Assembly: GCA_007378985.1 (NCBI GenBank)
Contig: VMHB01000001.1
Location: forward strand, 252-64,251
Direction: 5' to 3'
DNA length: 64,000 bases
Source: Parcubacteria group bacterium Greene0714_7
GTDB lineage: Bacteria > Patescibacteriota > Minisyncoccia > Phycocordibacterales > Phycocordibacteraceae
In this document: positions 28,491 through 37,272 of the stretch, in pieces
Layout: every line of letters begins with the position of its first letter
How positions within the stretch are numbered: position 1 is the stretch's first letter
Notes under the pieces: generated by a model
What the model saw: only the letters and a program-made list of their open reading frames with translations
What the model was told of the DNA's origin: nothing
Databases searched by the model: none
Program-made: the position numbers and the translations under genes

Positions 28491-29029
28491 TCTTAGGCAT
28501 CACGGGAACGATTGGTGCCGGTAAAGGGACTGTCGCAACATATCTTGAGGAAAAAGGATTTCGACATATTTCTGTTTCAGCTTTCTTAGAAAATGAGGCG
28601 TTACGCCGCGGGCTCGTTCCAACGCGGATTGTGTGTCGTGAGATTGCAAATGAATATCGTGCAAAGCATTCAACCGCACTCGTGGGGGCAGTGCTTGGTG
28701 AAATTAACTCGGTGAAAGAAAATGTTGTCGTTGAATCATTACACTCAGTTCCTGAAGTTTTGTATATTCGCAATCTTGGTGGGAAGGTTCTTTCTGTTGA
28801 TGCGCCACTATCTGTTCGCTATGAACGAATACAAAGGCGCGGTGAAGAAAAAGACGCTGTATCTTTTGATGATTTCCTAAAAGAGCAAAATAGGCAAATG
28901 GTTTCTGAAAACAGAGATGAAAATAATTTGAAGGAAGCCATTGCTATGGCAGATTTTCATATTGATAATGCTGAAATTTCCGAAGGGCTTTTTATGCAGA
29001 TTGATGATATTCTTCAAAAGATTTCATGA
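28487..29029 (+). CDS. P-loop nucleotide/nucleoside kinase family protein (CoaE-like Walker A)
   Basis: ILGITGTIGAGKGTV. Overlaps the ABC gene by 4 nt. Confidence 0.5.
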   Translation: MILGITGTIGAGKGTVATYLEEKGFRHISVSAFLENEALRRGLVPTRIVCREIANEYRAKHSTALVGAVLGEINSVKENVVVESLHSVPEVLYIRNLGGKVLSVDAPLSVRYERIQRRGEEKDAVSFDDFLKEQNRQMVSENRDENNLKEAIAMADFHIDNAEISEGLFMQIDDILQKIS

Positions 29030-29748
29030 ACCCATTCGATTCCCTCAAGGCAAGTCCTCTTCAATTTCGCTACCCTGGCCGTTTTCTGATCATTGGCAAA
29101 GATGCTGATTCGTATGTGGTTGTGTATGGCGCAACAGGGCGGAGCCCATCGAGCTTAGCGAGACGATTTGTACAAAAAGGGAATGGTATTTTTATGGGCG
29201 GAATAGATGATACGGTCAAGCAGGGTAATCAGGATCTCCTTGAATACCCAGCGGTACGCATATTTGATAACGGTATCGTGGTTGCAAATGGTAAGCATAT
29301 CGAACAGATTACCGAGCTTCAGTCGCGTGATGCTCGTCAACAACTTTCGTATGCGTTAGCTGAAGAAGCATATGAGCCGGATGAGTATCGGACACCGCGC
29401 ATTACCGGATGCATTATTGAGTCTTCAAAAGGAATGGATGGTGCACTTCACATTGTGCGCTCTGCATCCGATGGTATCGACCATGCATCATGGAGTGTGT
29501 CTTTTGAGAGTGGAAAGGGTGAGTATGTTGGCACCTATATAGGAGAGGATGTGAAACCAACTCCTTCATTTGCGGGCGTTCCGCTTTCCGTACCTCTTCA
29601 ATTTGGTTCTGCAAAGAGTACTGCGCAGGCGATATTTGATTCGTACACTCCACCTCAAGGAGGAATTGATTATCGTGTTGGTGTTATTGCCGTTTATAAG
29701 AAACTTGGAGAACAAGCAGAAATTGCTATAGTAAATCGTATCTCATGA
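29026..29748 (+). CDS. purO: Archaeal-type IMP cyclohydrolase PurO
   Basis: GRFLIIGKDADSYVVVYGATGRS and YEPDEYRTPRITGCI resemble the PurO family (MYLGRIL..G.. / TPRIA). Confidence 0.6.
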   Translation: MNPFDSLKASPLQFRYPGRFLIIGKDADSYVVVYGATGRSPSSLARRFVQKGNGIFMGGIDDTVKQGNQDLLEYPAVRIFDNGIVVANGKHIEQITELQSRDARQQLSYALAEEAYEPDEYRTPRITGCIIESSKGMDGALHIVRSASDGIDHASWSVSFESGKGEYVGTYIGEDVKPTPSFAGVPLSVPLQFGSAKSTAQAIFDSYTPPQGGIDYRVGVIAVYKKLGEQAEIAIVNRIS

Positions 29749-30221
29749 GTGACGACTTCGATGATATTCAGATGCCCGCAATGAATCCTGGCGGTAAATC
29801 GGCGGTTCTTCAAGAGGATGGCCTCTCGGCAAAAGAATTTGAAAAAATAGTCGCTGATGCTTTTCTGTTAGTTCCAGAAAAATTTAGCTCAAAAGTGAGT
29901 GCGAGCGCTATTACTGTTGAAGATACACCGAGTGATGCTTTGCTTCGTGAGCAAAATGTCCCAGAGAATTATACGCTTTTCGGTTTATATAAGGACACAG
30001 AAGCTGGCGGGGGAGTGGTGATATTTCGTAATCCCGTTTTACATGCTGCCGCTCACGAAGCCGGAGTTGAAGTGGAATGGGGCGCTCCGACTGAACCAAT
30101 GAAGCGGCGCTTGCGTACCATTGTGCGCGACATCATCTGGCATGAAATTGCACGCCACTTTGATATGGAAGAATTTGAAATAGATGCACGCGAGGAGACA
30201 GGTACTAGCGAGTTTAAGTAA
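29745..30221 (+). CDS. Putative zincin-like metallopeptidase family protein
   Basis: WHEIARHF resembles the HEIGHHF of zincin-like small proteins. Confidence 0.45.
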   Translation: MSDDFDDIQMPAMNPGGKSAVLQEDGLSAKEFEKIVADAFLLVPEKFSSKVSASAITVEDTPSDALLREQNVPENYTLFGLYKDTEAGGGVVIFRNPVLHAAAHEAGVEVEWGAPTEPMKRRLRTIVRDIIWHEIARHFDMEEFEIDAREETGTSEFK

Positions 30222-30375
30222 AAAACTTCCAGCTTTTAGGTGTCGGGTGTCAGATTTCAGGCGATACCTCATCGTGTCCGTAAGTGATGTTTCATCGCCT
30301 CCGTAGGGAACAGGCTTCGTTAAGTCCATAGGGATCATAGGAAAATATTCTTTATTTTTCTCTGAGATACGAAAA

Positions 30376-30424
30376 ACCCACTGTATAGTATAAAATCACG
30401 ACCGTGATTTTATACTATACAGGG
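30376..30424. repeat. Palindromic repeat element, family 2, copy 2. About 88% identical to the reverse complement of copy 1.
   Basis: CCCACTGTATAGTATAAAATCACG accg TGATTTTATACTATACAGGGG, with CTGAGATAC adjacent. Confidence 0.7.
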
Positions 30425-30508
30425 GTGATAGGCAGGGGTGAGAGAAGCGGGTGGCTTTACATATTTAAAATTCAAAATCTTCTTAACCTCTCTAATTTCT
30501 CTAAACAC

Positions 30509-31069
30509 TTAGGAGGAGGTGCTCTGGGTTTTTAAGAGTTCTGCGAATTTTTCCTGCACTTTCTGAAGTTTTGGTTCAATGATTACTTGGCAGTATCCTT
30601 GGTTTTTGTTTCTTGCGTAGTAGTCGAGATGCTCTTTTTCCGCCGGGTAGAATTTTGTAAGAGGCACTGTATCAGTTGCTATAGGCCTTCCTTCTTTTGA
30701 TGAATCATTGAGTTCCTGTATAAACGCTTCAGCTTCTTTCTTTTGCGTTTCATCAGTATAGAGAATGATGGAGCGGTACTGTGTACCTATATCATTACCC
30801 TGACGGTTTACTTGTGTTGCATCGTGTGTGCCAAAAAAGACAGTGAGTAAGCCATTGTAGGTAATTTCTGATGGGTCGAATTCTATTTTTATTACTTCAG
30901 CGTGCCCTGTGTTTCCGTTTGAGACTGCATAGTAGGTTGGATTTTCTGTTGTGCCACCAGCGTATCCAGGTTCCACCGAAATGACTCCGCGGAGCATCTT
31001 AAATACTGCCTCCGTGCACCAGAAGCAACCCCCACCGAATACTGCAATAGAATTTGAAGTAGGATTCAT
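30509..31069 (-). CDS. msrA: Peptide methionine sulfoxide reductase MsrA
   Basis: GGGCFWC active site. Confidence 0.9.
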   Translation of the reverse strand: MNPTSNSIAVFGGGCFWCTEAVFKMLRGVISVEPGYAGGTTENPTYYAVSNGNTGHAEVIKIEFDPSEITYNGLLTVFFGTHDATQVNRQGNDIGTQYRSIILYTDETQKKEAEAFIQELNDSSKEGRPIATDTVPLTKFYPAEKEHLDYYARNKNQGYCQVIIEPKLQKVQEKFAELLKTQSTSS

Positions 31070-31072
31070 GAA

Positions 31073-31717
31073 TTAGCAATTATTAGGTTCTCGAATGTGT
31101 TTACGGATAGGCAAAAAGAGAAGTGCGCCAGCAAATTCGAGACATGCGACCGCTATAACTACCGTATGAAAACCTAAGGTAGTTGCAAGGTACCCACCAA
31201 TAGCTGCTGTTGCAGCCGATGCTAGGTCGAGCATGGTGAAATACAGACCCCACATGGTTGCTTCTTTGTTATCCGGAATATATTTAGTAAAGAGTGCCAT
31301 GAATGACGGGAACTGAAACGCATAGGCAAGCCCAATAAGGAATTGCGCGAAGTAGAGTTCAATGGGAGTTGAAATAAAGAGAAATGAGAGTGGTATGAAA
31401 CTTGCAAAAATGAGACTTCCAAAAATAAACCAAAAATCGTCTTTATCACCGCAGATTTTATCAATAATAGCGGCAGCGGGAATTTGAGCAATGCTTTTTG
31501 TAAGGAGGTAAACGGCAATAGCAATACCAGCCACCTCGGCACTTCCACCGTCTATGAAGCCAACCACGAACAATGAAAATATTGGACCTAAGAGCCCTGC
31601 AGCGGAAAAGAACACCACATCTCCGAAGATGAGAAATTTTATGACTGGGTTTGCTCGCAAGAGCTCTCCAAACGGGAAGAAAGAGTACCGTTTCATTTTT
31701 CTTCCAGATTCAAGCAC
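31073..31717 (-). CDS. Six-transmembrane half-MFS-like membrane protein, either truncated or genuinely half-size
   Basis: Six predicted transmembrane helices. An MFS motif-A-like segment (AAAIIDKICGDK). No N-terminal half is encoded. Confidence 0.55.
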   Translation of the reverse strand: MLESGRKMKRYSFFPFGELLRANPVIKFLIFGDVVFFSAAGLLGPIFSLFVVGFIDGGSAEVAGIAIAVYLLTKSIAQIPAAAIIDKICGDKDDFWFIFGSLIFASFIPLSFLFISTPIELYFAQFLIGLAYAFQFPSFMALFTKYIPDNKEATMWGLYFTMLDLASAATAAIGGYLATTLGFHTVVIAVACLEFAGALLFLPIRKHIREPNNC

Positions 31718-32076
31718 ACGGAGTTGATGCAGTACCTTTTCCCAGTTTCAGTGGGGCCATCTTCAAACATGTGTCCTAAGTGAGATCCACATTTTGCGCA
31801 GACCACCTCTGTGCGTGTCATACCGTGAGATGTGTCTGTTTTCATTTCGACCGAGCCAGGAATGGCATCATCGAATGATGGCCATCCGGTTCCAGAATCA
31901 AACTTCTTCTCGGAAGTGAAGAGGGGGTTTGCGCAGACCTTACAATTAAAGGTTCCTTGTGTGTCTGTATGTACAAATTCACCACTAAATGGAGCTTCGG
32001 TAGCTCCTGCCCGCAGAACTGCATACTCTTCAGGAGTGAGGCGTTTTTTTAACTCTTCTTCGTTCGGCATATCCAT
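31693..32076 (-). CDS. msrB: Peptide-methionine (R)-S-oxide reductase MsrB
   Basis: CKVC..CAKCGSHLGHMF zinc and catalytic motifs. Confidence 0.9.
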   Translation of the reverse strand: MDMPNEEELKKRLTPEEYAVLRAGATEAPFSGEFVHTDTQGTFNCKVCANPLFTSEKKFDSGTGWPSFDDAIPGSVEMKTDTSHGMTRTEVVCAKCGSHLGHMFEDGPTETGKRYCINSVCLNLEEK

Positions 32077-32111
32077 TGCCTATATTCTAACAGGAGTATA
32101 ATAAACAGCAT

Positions 32112-33260
32112 ATGAAAAAACTCTCGTTTCTAGCTTTTCTTGCAGTAGTAGCTTTGGTGACTCCTCTTGGTGCTGTGTATGCAGCACAAACACAAGTAGG
32201 TAAAACGGTCACTATTTCACAGGCGCTTCCCGAAAATGCCTATATTGCTGGACAAGAGGTGTATATATCCTCTACGGCGGAGAAGGATCTACTTGGTGCC
32301 GGAGGAAAGGTGACAGTGAATGCTCCTGTGATTGGTGATCTTATGCTTGCTGCAGGTAGTATCAATATCCTCGACTCCGTAGGAGGGGATGTTCGGGTAG
32401 CAGGAGGGGATGTAACGATTGCGAAATCTGTTGGTGGGGACTTGTTGGTATTTGGGGGTGTCGTTACCATACTTCCGTCAGCAACCATTGGCGGAGATGT
32501 CATTGTTTTTGGAGGAGCCGTTGACATACAGGGCGCTGTAGAGGGGAGTTTGAAAATGCACACAGAAAGTGTGATGGTTAATGGTGTTGTTATGGGGCCG
32601 GCTTCAGTAAAGACCTCCGACTCAGTTTCTTTTGGAGAAAAAGCAGATTTTCGATCTTCGCTTTCGTATTCTGCTCCAATTGATGCAACGGTAGCCGAAG
32701 GGGCAAAGCTAGGGGGCGAAGTTGTGTTTACGAAAGAAGAAGGCAGATCTTCCAATGATAAGAACATAATTGCAGGAATTCTTGCTGCTCTAGGCATCAT
32801 GATGCTTATTAAATTTATAGGAATGCTTTCTGTTGCATTGTTGATTACCTACGCATTTAAAAATGCTTCGCTCGCTCTATCTAGGGAAATGATTCAAAGG
32901 TTTTGGCAAACGCTCGGTGTCGGTTTCGTTGCGACAATTGCTACCCCTGTAGCTGTCATTCTGTTGCTCCTGAGTGTAGTGGGCATGTATGTGGGTTTTA
33001 TACTTCTTGCGTTGTACCTGTTTGCACTCCTCGTTGCCGGTGTCTTTATGTGCATTACTACTGGAGCCATTCTCTCAAAGTTGATTCGTAAAGAAATTCA
33101 GATTGGTTGGAAGTGGACAATTCTTGGTACTGTGGTAGTATTCGTACTGCCATTTATTCCGATTCTAGGCTGGGTGGCATTAGTAGTTCTTTTCTTTGCT
33201 TCCATGGGAGCCGTAGCAATGAGCCTCTGGCGAGATGCGAAGGTAAAGATGGAAGGGTAG
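32112..33260 (+). CDS. Membrane protein with a signal peptide, a bactofilin-like beta-helical repeat region and C-terminal transmembrane helices
   Basis: Repeats of the type GGDVRVAGGDVTI.. and four or five C-terminal transmembrane helices. Confidence 0.5.
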   Translation: MKKLSFLAFLAVVALVTPLGAVYAAQTQVGKTVTISQALPENAYIAGQEVYISSTAEKDLLGAGGKVTVNAPVIGDLMLAAGSINILDSVGGDVRVAGGDVTIAKSVGGDLLVFGGVVTILPSATIGGDVIVFGGAVDIQGAVEGSLKMHTESVMVNGVVMGPASVKTSDSVSFGEKADFRSSLSYSAPIDATVAEGAKLGGEVVFTKEEGRSSNDKNIIAGILAALGIMMLIKFIGMLSVALLITYAFKNASLALSREMIQRFWQTLGVGFVATIATPVAVILLLLSVVGMYVGFILLALYLFALLVAGVFMCITTGAILSKLIRKEIQIGWKWTILGTVVVFVLPFIPILGWVALVVLFFASMGAVAMSLWRDAKVKMEG

Positions 33261-33430
33261 AGCATTAGAATCATTATTAAATTTAAATTTTATATTTATG
33301 GCATTTGAAGCACTAGGAAATTTATGGAATCGAGTAGTTGATGGGTTAAAAACTACGAAACCAGGCCTCGAAACGACAGCAGAAGCACTGGCTAAAAAGT
33401 ATTCTAAACCAGGGACAGACGGGGATTAAT

Positions 33431-33910
33431 ATGCCCCCACTTGGTGAAATTGCACCTGATTTCACACTTTCTGATCAGGACGGGAAAGAACACAGGCTCT
33501 CAAGCTACCGTGGTAGATGGGTGCTTTTGTATTTCTACCCAAAGGACGACACTAGTGGTTGCACCAAGGAGGCTTGCATGATTCGAGACGCATTTCCTCG
33601 TTTTGAAGGTGTGCATGCACACGTGTTCGGCATCTCAACTGATTCAGTGGAAAGTCATAAGAAATTTGCTGAAAAATATCAATTACCATTTTCACTTCTT
33701 GCTGACGAACAAAAAGAAGTTGTGGCGAAATATGGCGTGTGGGGAGAGAAGAAAATGATGGGGCGCACCTATATGGGAACTAAGCGTACCTCATTTCTTA
33801 TAGACCCGAATGGTGTGATTAAGAAAGTGTACGAGGGTGTGAAACCTGAAGTGCATGCAGAGGAAGTCCTTGCTGACCTCGATAGCTTTATGGCAGAGTC
33901 TAATGTCTAA
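33431..33910 (+). CDS. bcp: Thiol peroxidase Bcp (peroxiredoxin)
   Basis: FYPKDDTSGCTKEAC peroxidatic Cys motif. Confidence 0.9.
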   Translation: MPPLGEIAPDFTLSDQDGKEHRLSSYRGRWVLLYFYPKDDTSGCTKEACMIRDAFPRFEGVHAHVFGISTDSVESHKKFAEKYQLPFSLLADEQKEVVAKYGVWGEKKMMGRTYMGTKRTSFLIDPNGVIKKVYEGVKPEVHAEEVLADLDSFMAESNV

Positions 33911-34568
33911 GCAGACTGTCCGCCGTGCTCGGGCGAAAAGAATAGTTGCACATCTGAAAAAAGTGTATCCAGAGCCCAAGAGTGAGCTTGTGCACAAGAC
34001 ACCATTTCAGTTTCTTGTGGCAGTAGTGATGTCTGCGCAATGTACTGACAAGGTGGTGAATAGGGTGACTGCTCCACTGTTTAAGAAATATAAAACTGCA
34101 TCTGACTTCGCTCAGGCTAAAGCTTCTGTATTTGAGAAAGAAATTTCTTCGGTAACGTTTTTTAGAAATAAGGCACGACATATTATTGAAAGCGCGAAGA
34201 AGGTAGTAACTGAATATGGAGGTAGGGTGCCGGAGACAGAAAAAGAGCTGGTCGCTCTTCCAGGAGTGGGGTACAAAACTGCACATGTGATTTTAAATGA
34301 ACTCTACGGCGTGTCAGAAGGCATCCCTACCGACACTCATGTGAAGCGTTTTGCAAAACGCTTTGACTTGGTAGATTCAAGTGATTTGAAAAAGATATCA
34401 AAAGAGCTTGAAGCGCTAATTCCAAAGAAGGATTGGAAGTATGTGAATAACGGTCTGGTACTCTATGGGCGATATGTTTGCAAAGCTCAAAAGCATGATT
34501 GCACCTCGCATCCTCTCACGAAACTCTGGCCTGAAGCTAACAAAAGATGGACAAAGACGGGAGCATAA
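33903..34568 (+). CDS. nth: Endonuclease III (Nth), an HhH-GPD glycosylase that lacks the usual 4-Cys cluster
   Basis: QFLVAVVMSAQCTD, LPGVGYKTAHVIL and THVKR. The C-terminus has only two Cys. Confidence 0.85.
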   Translation: MSKQTVRRARAKRIVAHLKKVYPEPKSELVHKTPFQFLVAVVMSAQCTDKVVNRVTAPLFKKYKTASDFAQAKASVFEKEISSVTFFRNKARHIIESAKKVVTEYGGRVPETEKELVALPGVGYKTAHVILNELYGVSEGIPTDTHVKRFAKRFDLVDSSDLKKISKELEALIPKKDWKYVNNGLVLYGRYVCKAQKHDCTSHPLTKLWPEANKRWTKTGA

Positions 34569-34588
34569 GCAGTGCTTGACCGTTTGGT

Positions 34589-34864
34589 TTGAAATTGTAC
34601 GATACGTTTATGACAGAGGCCTATTCAGCACACGAATCAAAACCTAAAGTCGCATCTCGAATTTCTCGAGCTATTTCTGGTAAGTATTCTGCTGGTCTGG
34701 CAAGTTTCTTAACTGAGGTTGGTGTTGCGTCGGGGACTGGGGCAATGTTTGGGGCTGGCTTAGGGTTTTTTGTTGGTCAACCTGCGCTAGGCGCAGTGAT
34801 TGGGGGTATTGGTGGTGCACTAGTAGGACTTAGCGCTCATTTTTTAAGGTATAGAGATCCATAA
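34589..34864 (+). CDS. Small glycine-zipper membrane protein
   Basis: GxxxG-rich hydrophobic C-terminus. Confidence 0.4.
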   Translation: MKLYDTFMTEAYSAHESKPKVASRISRAISGKYSAGLASFLTEVGVASGTGAMFGAGLGFFVGQPALGAVIGGIGGALVGLSAHFLRYRDP

Positions 34865-34923
34865 ATTGAGTATCTTTCAATTCCTCGGGTACACTCGGGG
34901 GATTTTTATATACAATTGAGTAT

Positions 34924-35748
34924 ATGCCTGCTTCAGTTGAAACAAAATCTTTCAGAGCCTTTCAGAGGGATGTTTATTCTTTTTTCAAGAGCAAAGGAAG
35001 ACATGCTTTGCCGTGGCGAAAAACCAAAAATCCGTATCGGATTCTTGTTTCTGAAATAATGCTTCAGCAGACACAAGTCGATAGAGTTATTCCAAAGTAC
35101 AGGTTATTTTTAAAAAAGTTCAAAACGGTACAGGTGCTTGCTGAGGCATCTCTTGGTGAAGTACTGCGGGAATGGCAGGGTTTAGGCTACAATCGCAGGG
35201 CAAAGATGCTCCATGAGGCTGCCAAAGTAATAGTCACAAACTATGGCGGGGAAGTGCCCACTCTTTACAGTGAGCTTGTTTCACTTCCCGGCATTGGTGA
35301 CTACACAGCAAAAGCAGTTCGCGTATTTGCGTGGAATGAACCGGAGGTACTTATTGAAACTAATATCCGCAGTGTTTTTATTCATCATTTCTTTTCGAAG
35401 CGACATGATGTCTCCGATAAAAAATTATTTCCATATATGGAAATAATGCTCGATATAAAAAATTCGCGAGAATGGTATTGGGCTTTGATGGACTACGGAA
35501 GTTATTTAAAGAAAACCATTCCGAATCCATCACGAAAAAGTGCGCACCACACTAAGCAGAAGTCTTTCAAAGGTTCTAACAGGGAAGTGCGTGGCGCGGT
35601 ACTTCGCGCACTTGTTTCGCGGTCGAAATCTTTGCCAGCTCTCTTAAAAGAGCTTAATTTTTCGGAGGAGAGAATAGAAAAACAAATTACGGCACTCAGG
35701 AAAGAGGGCTTAGTTGTGATCAGAAAAAATAAAGTACAGTTACCATAA
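34924..35748 (+). CDS. MutY-like HhH-GPD DNA glycosylase without an Fe-S cluster and without a NUDIX domain
   Basis: ILVSEIMLQQTQV.. and LPGIGDYTA. The protein contains no Cys. Confidence 0.7.
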   Translation: MPASVETKSFRAFQRDVYSFFKSKGRHALPWRKTKNPYRILVSEIMLQQTQVDRVIPKYRLFLKKFKTVQVLAEASLGEVLREWQGLGYNRRAKMLHEAAKVIVTNYGGEVPTLYSELVSLPGIGDYTAKAVRVFAWNEPEVLIETNIRSVFIHHFFSKRHDVSDKKLFPYMEIMLDIKNSREWYWALMDYGSYLKKTIPNPSRKSAHHTKQKSFKGSNREVRGAVLRALVSRSKSLPALLKELNFSEERIEKQITALRKEGLVVIRKNKVQLP

Positions 35749-35806
35749 CTACCCCGATTAATCGGGGTAGTTATGGATTGATCGAACTAAGTAGGAAGTA
35801 TGCTCA

Positions 35807-36964
35807 CTAGAGTGTGTCTTTGATACGAAATGCAAGAGGAACACCGAGTAGAATTACTGCACCGAAGACAGCGAAAGCATATTCGAACGGAGTGTAAAAA
35901 AGCATAATGCTTCCAAGAACCGGACCTATAATCGTGGCGCCTTGCCGAAGCGCACGGAAGACACTAATGAGTTCACTGTCTTTTGCCCCAACTTTTTTGA
36001 AGAAGTATGTTTCAGTTGCAATTTCAAGTAGCGCTCCACCAATGTGTATGCTAAGCACCAGAAGTGCGAGCGCAATAAGACCTGCCCCTTGGGCTAACGA
36101 AAGGCCAAGAAAACCTATTCCCGCTATAATAAATCCCCCAATAATAAATTCTTTTTCACCGAATTTTCTGTCAGCCAAATATCCTATAGGAACTTGAAGA
36201 AAGATATACGGCGTTGTAGCGAGTGCAATTATCATTCCAATAGCTGCCCACGAGAGTCCTGCGTGGTTATGTAAGTAGAGGGGGATATAAATGTTGCTCC
36301 ACACGAATAGAAATTGAAGAAGTACATGTGCACCCATAACAGCGGTCAGTGATGAATTTTTCAATACCAATGTGACTGCATCCCATACTTTTACATTCGT
36401 GTGCTCTACATGTGTAATGCCGGAGAAGAATCTAAACGAAAGATAGGCACACGCAATGAATGCTCCTGCGCTAATTATAAAAACACGCCAATAATCACCA
36501 TTTGTTAACGCACCCGCAATTATGAGGGATGCTATTGCGACCGCAACATTACTTGCTGTTAAAAATATTGCGCGCGATGAGCCAGTACCTTCTTCGTTTG
36601 AACCGACGATTTTTTCTAGAATGACATCAAGAGCAAGTGCCACTATCCAGCCCGCAACCCATGCGACCATAAACAATCCGAGAATGAGGGGAGTGGGAAG
36701 CTTGAAGGAAAGACCAATGAGGGCGAACGCTGCAAAGCATGCGGAAACAATGAGTACTCGATGGGTTCGAAATTTTCTGAACAAATGTGGAGTTGTTAGC
36801 ACGGCAAAACCCGCCAAGATTGATCCAAAGGCAAACACAAGTCCGACAGCCGACTCAGGAATATGCGTTGCGAGAAAAGTGGAATAAACAAGATAGGGGA
36901 GATACACACCCATCGCACGGAGGAAGTTTCCTAGGTTTATGGCATTACCCGAAAGATATTTCAT
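35807..36964 (-). CDS. MFS transporter
   Basis: Twelve predicted transmembrane helices and MFS motifs. Confidence 0.8.
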   Translation of the reverse strand: MKYLSGNAINLGNFLRAMGVYLPYLVYSTFLATHIPESAVGLVFAFGSILAGFAVLTTPHLFRKFRTHRVLIVSACFAAFALIGLSFKLPTPLILGLFMVAWVAGWIVALALDVILEKIVGSNEEGTGSSRAIFLTASNVAVAIASLIIAGALTNGDYWRVFIISAGAFIACAYLSFRFFSGITHVEHTNVKVWDAVTLVLKNSSLTAVMGAHVLLQFLFVWSNIYIPLYLHNHAGLSWAAIGMIIALATTPYIFLQVPIGYLADRKFGEKEFIIGGFIIAGIGFLGLSLAQGAGLIALALLVLSIHIGGALLEIATETYFFKKVGAKDSELISVFRALRQGATIIGPVLGSIMLFYTPFEYAFAVFGAVILLGVPLAFRIKDTL

Positions 36965-37272
36965 TCAAGGAGTATACCTCGTGAGATATGTTCTCGGCAC
37001 GCACTTTAGCTTTCAGGTCTGGGTAATGGGTAATAAAAATGTGCTAAATCCAGGTTTAGCACAAAAAGTGTTTGTCTGTCAGATAGAGAGAGGGTTATTT
37101 GGGATATTTTTTGCGTTTGAGCTCTATAACCTCTGCTCCTTCAGGCCACTGTGCTCCCGAGCAGTATACGCACACATAGGTGACGGACCCCTTATAGAGA
37201 ACTTTATGAGAAGGAAGTTTATTGGGATGGTTAACGCAACGCTTAATTCCCTCTAATTTCCATGGCATATAT

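Noticed and set aside
31073-31717. Calling the six-helix MFS-like ORF a definite pseudogene
   Set aside because: The ORF is intact, starts with an overlap to msrB and ends 4 nt before msrA, consistent with expression. Truncation as against a bona fide half-transporter cannot be decided from sequence alone.
32240-32800. 186-aa minus-strand ORF opposite the beta-helix membrane protein
   Set aside because: Antisense. Its repetitive low-complexity translation mirrors the sense-strand Gly/Val repeats.
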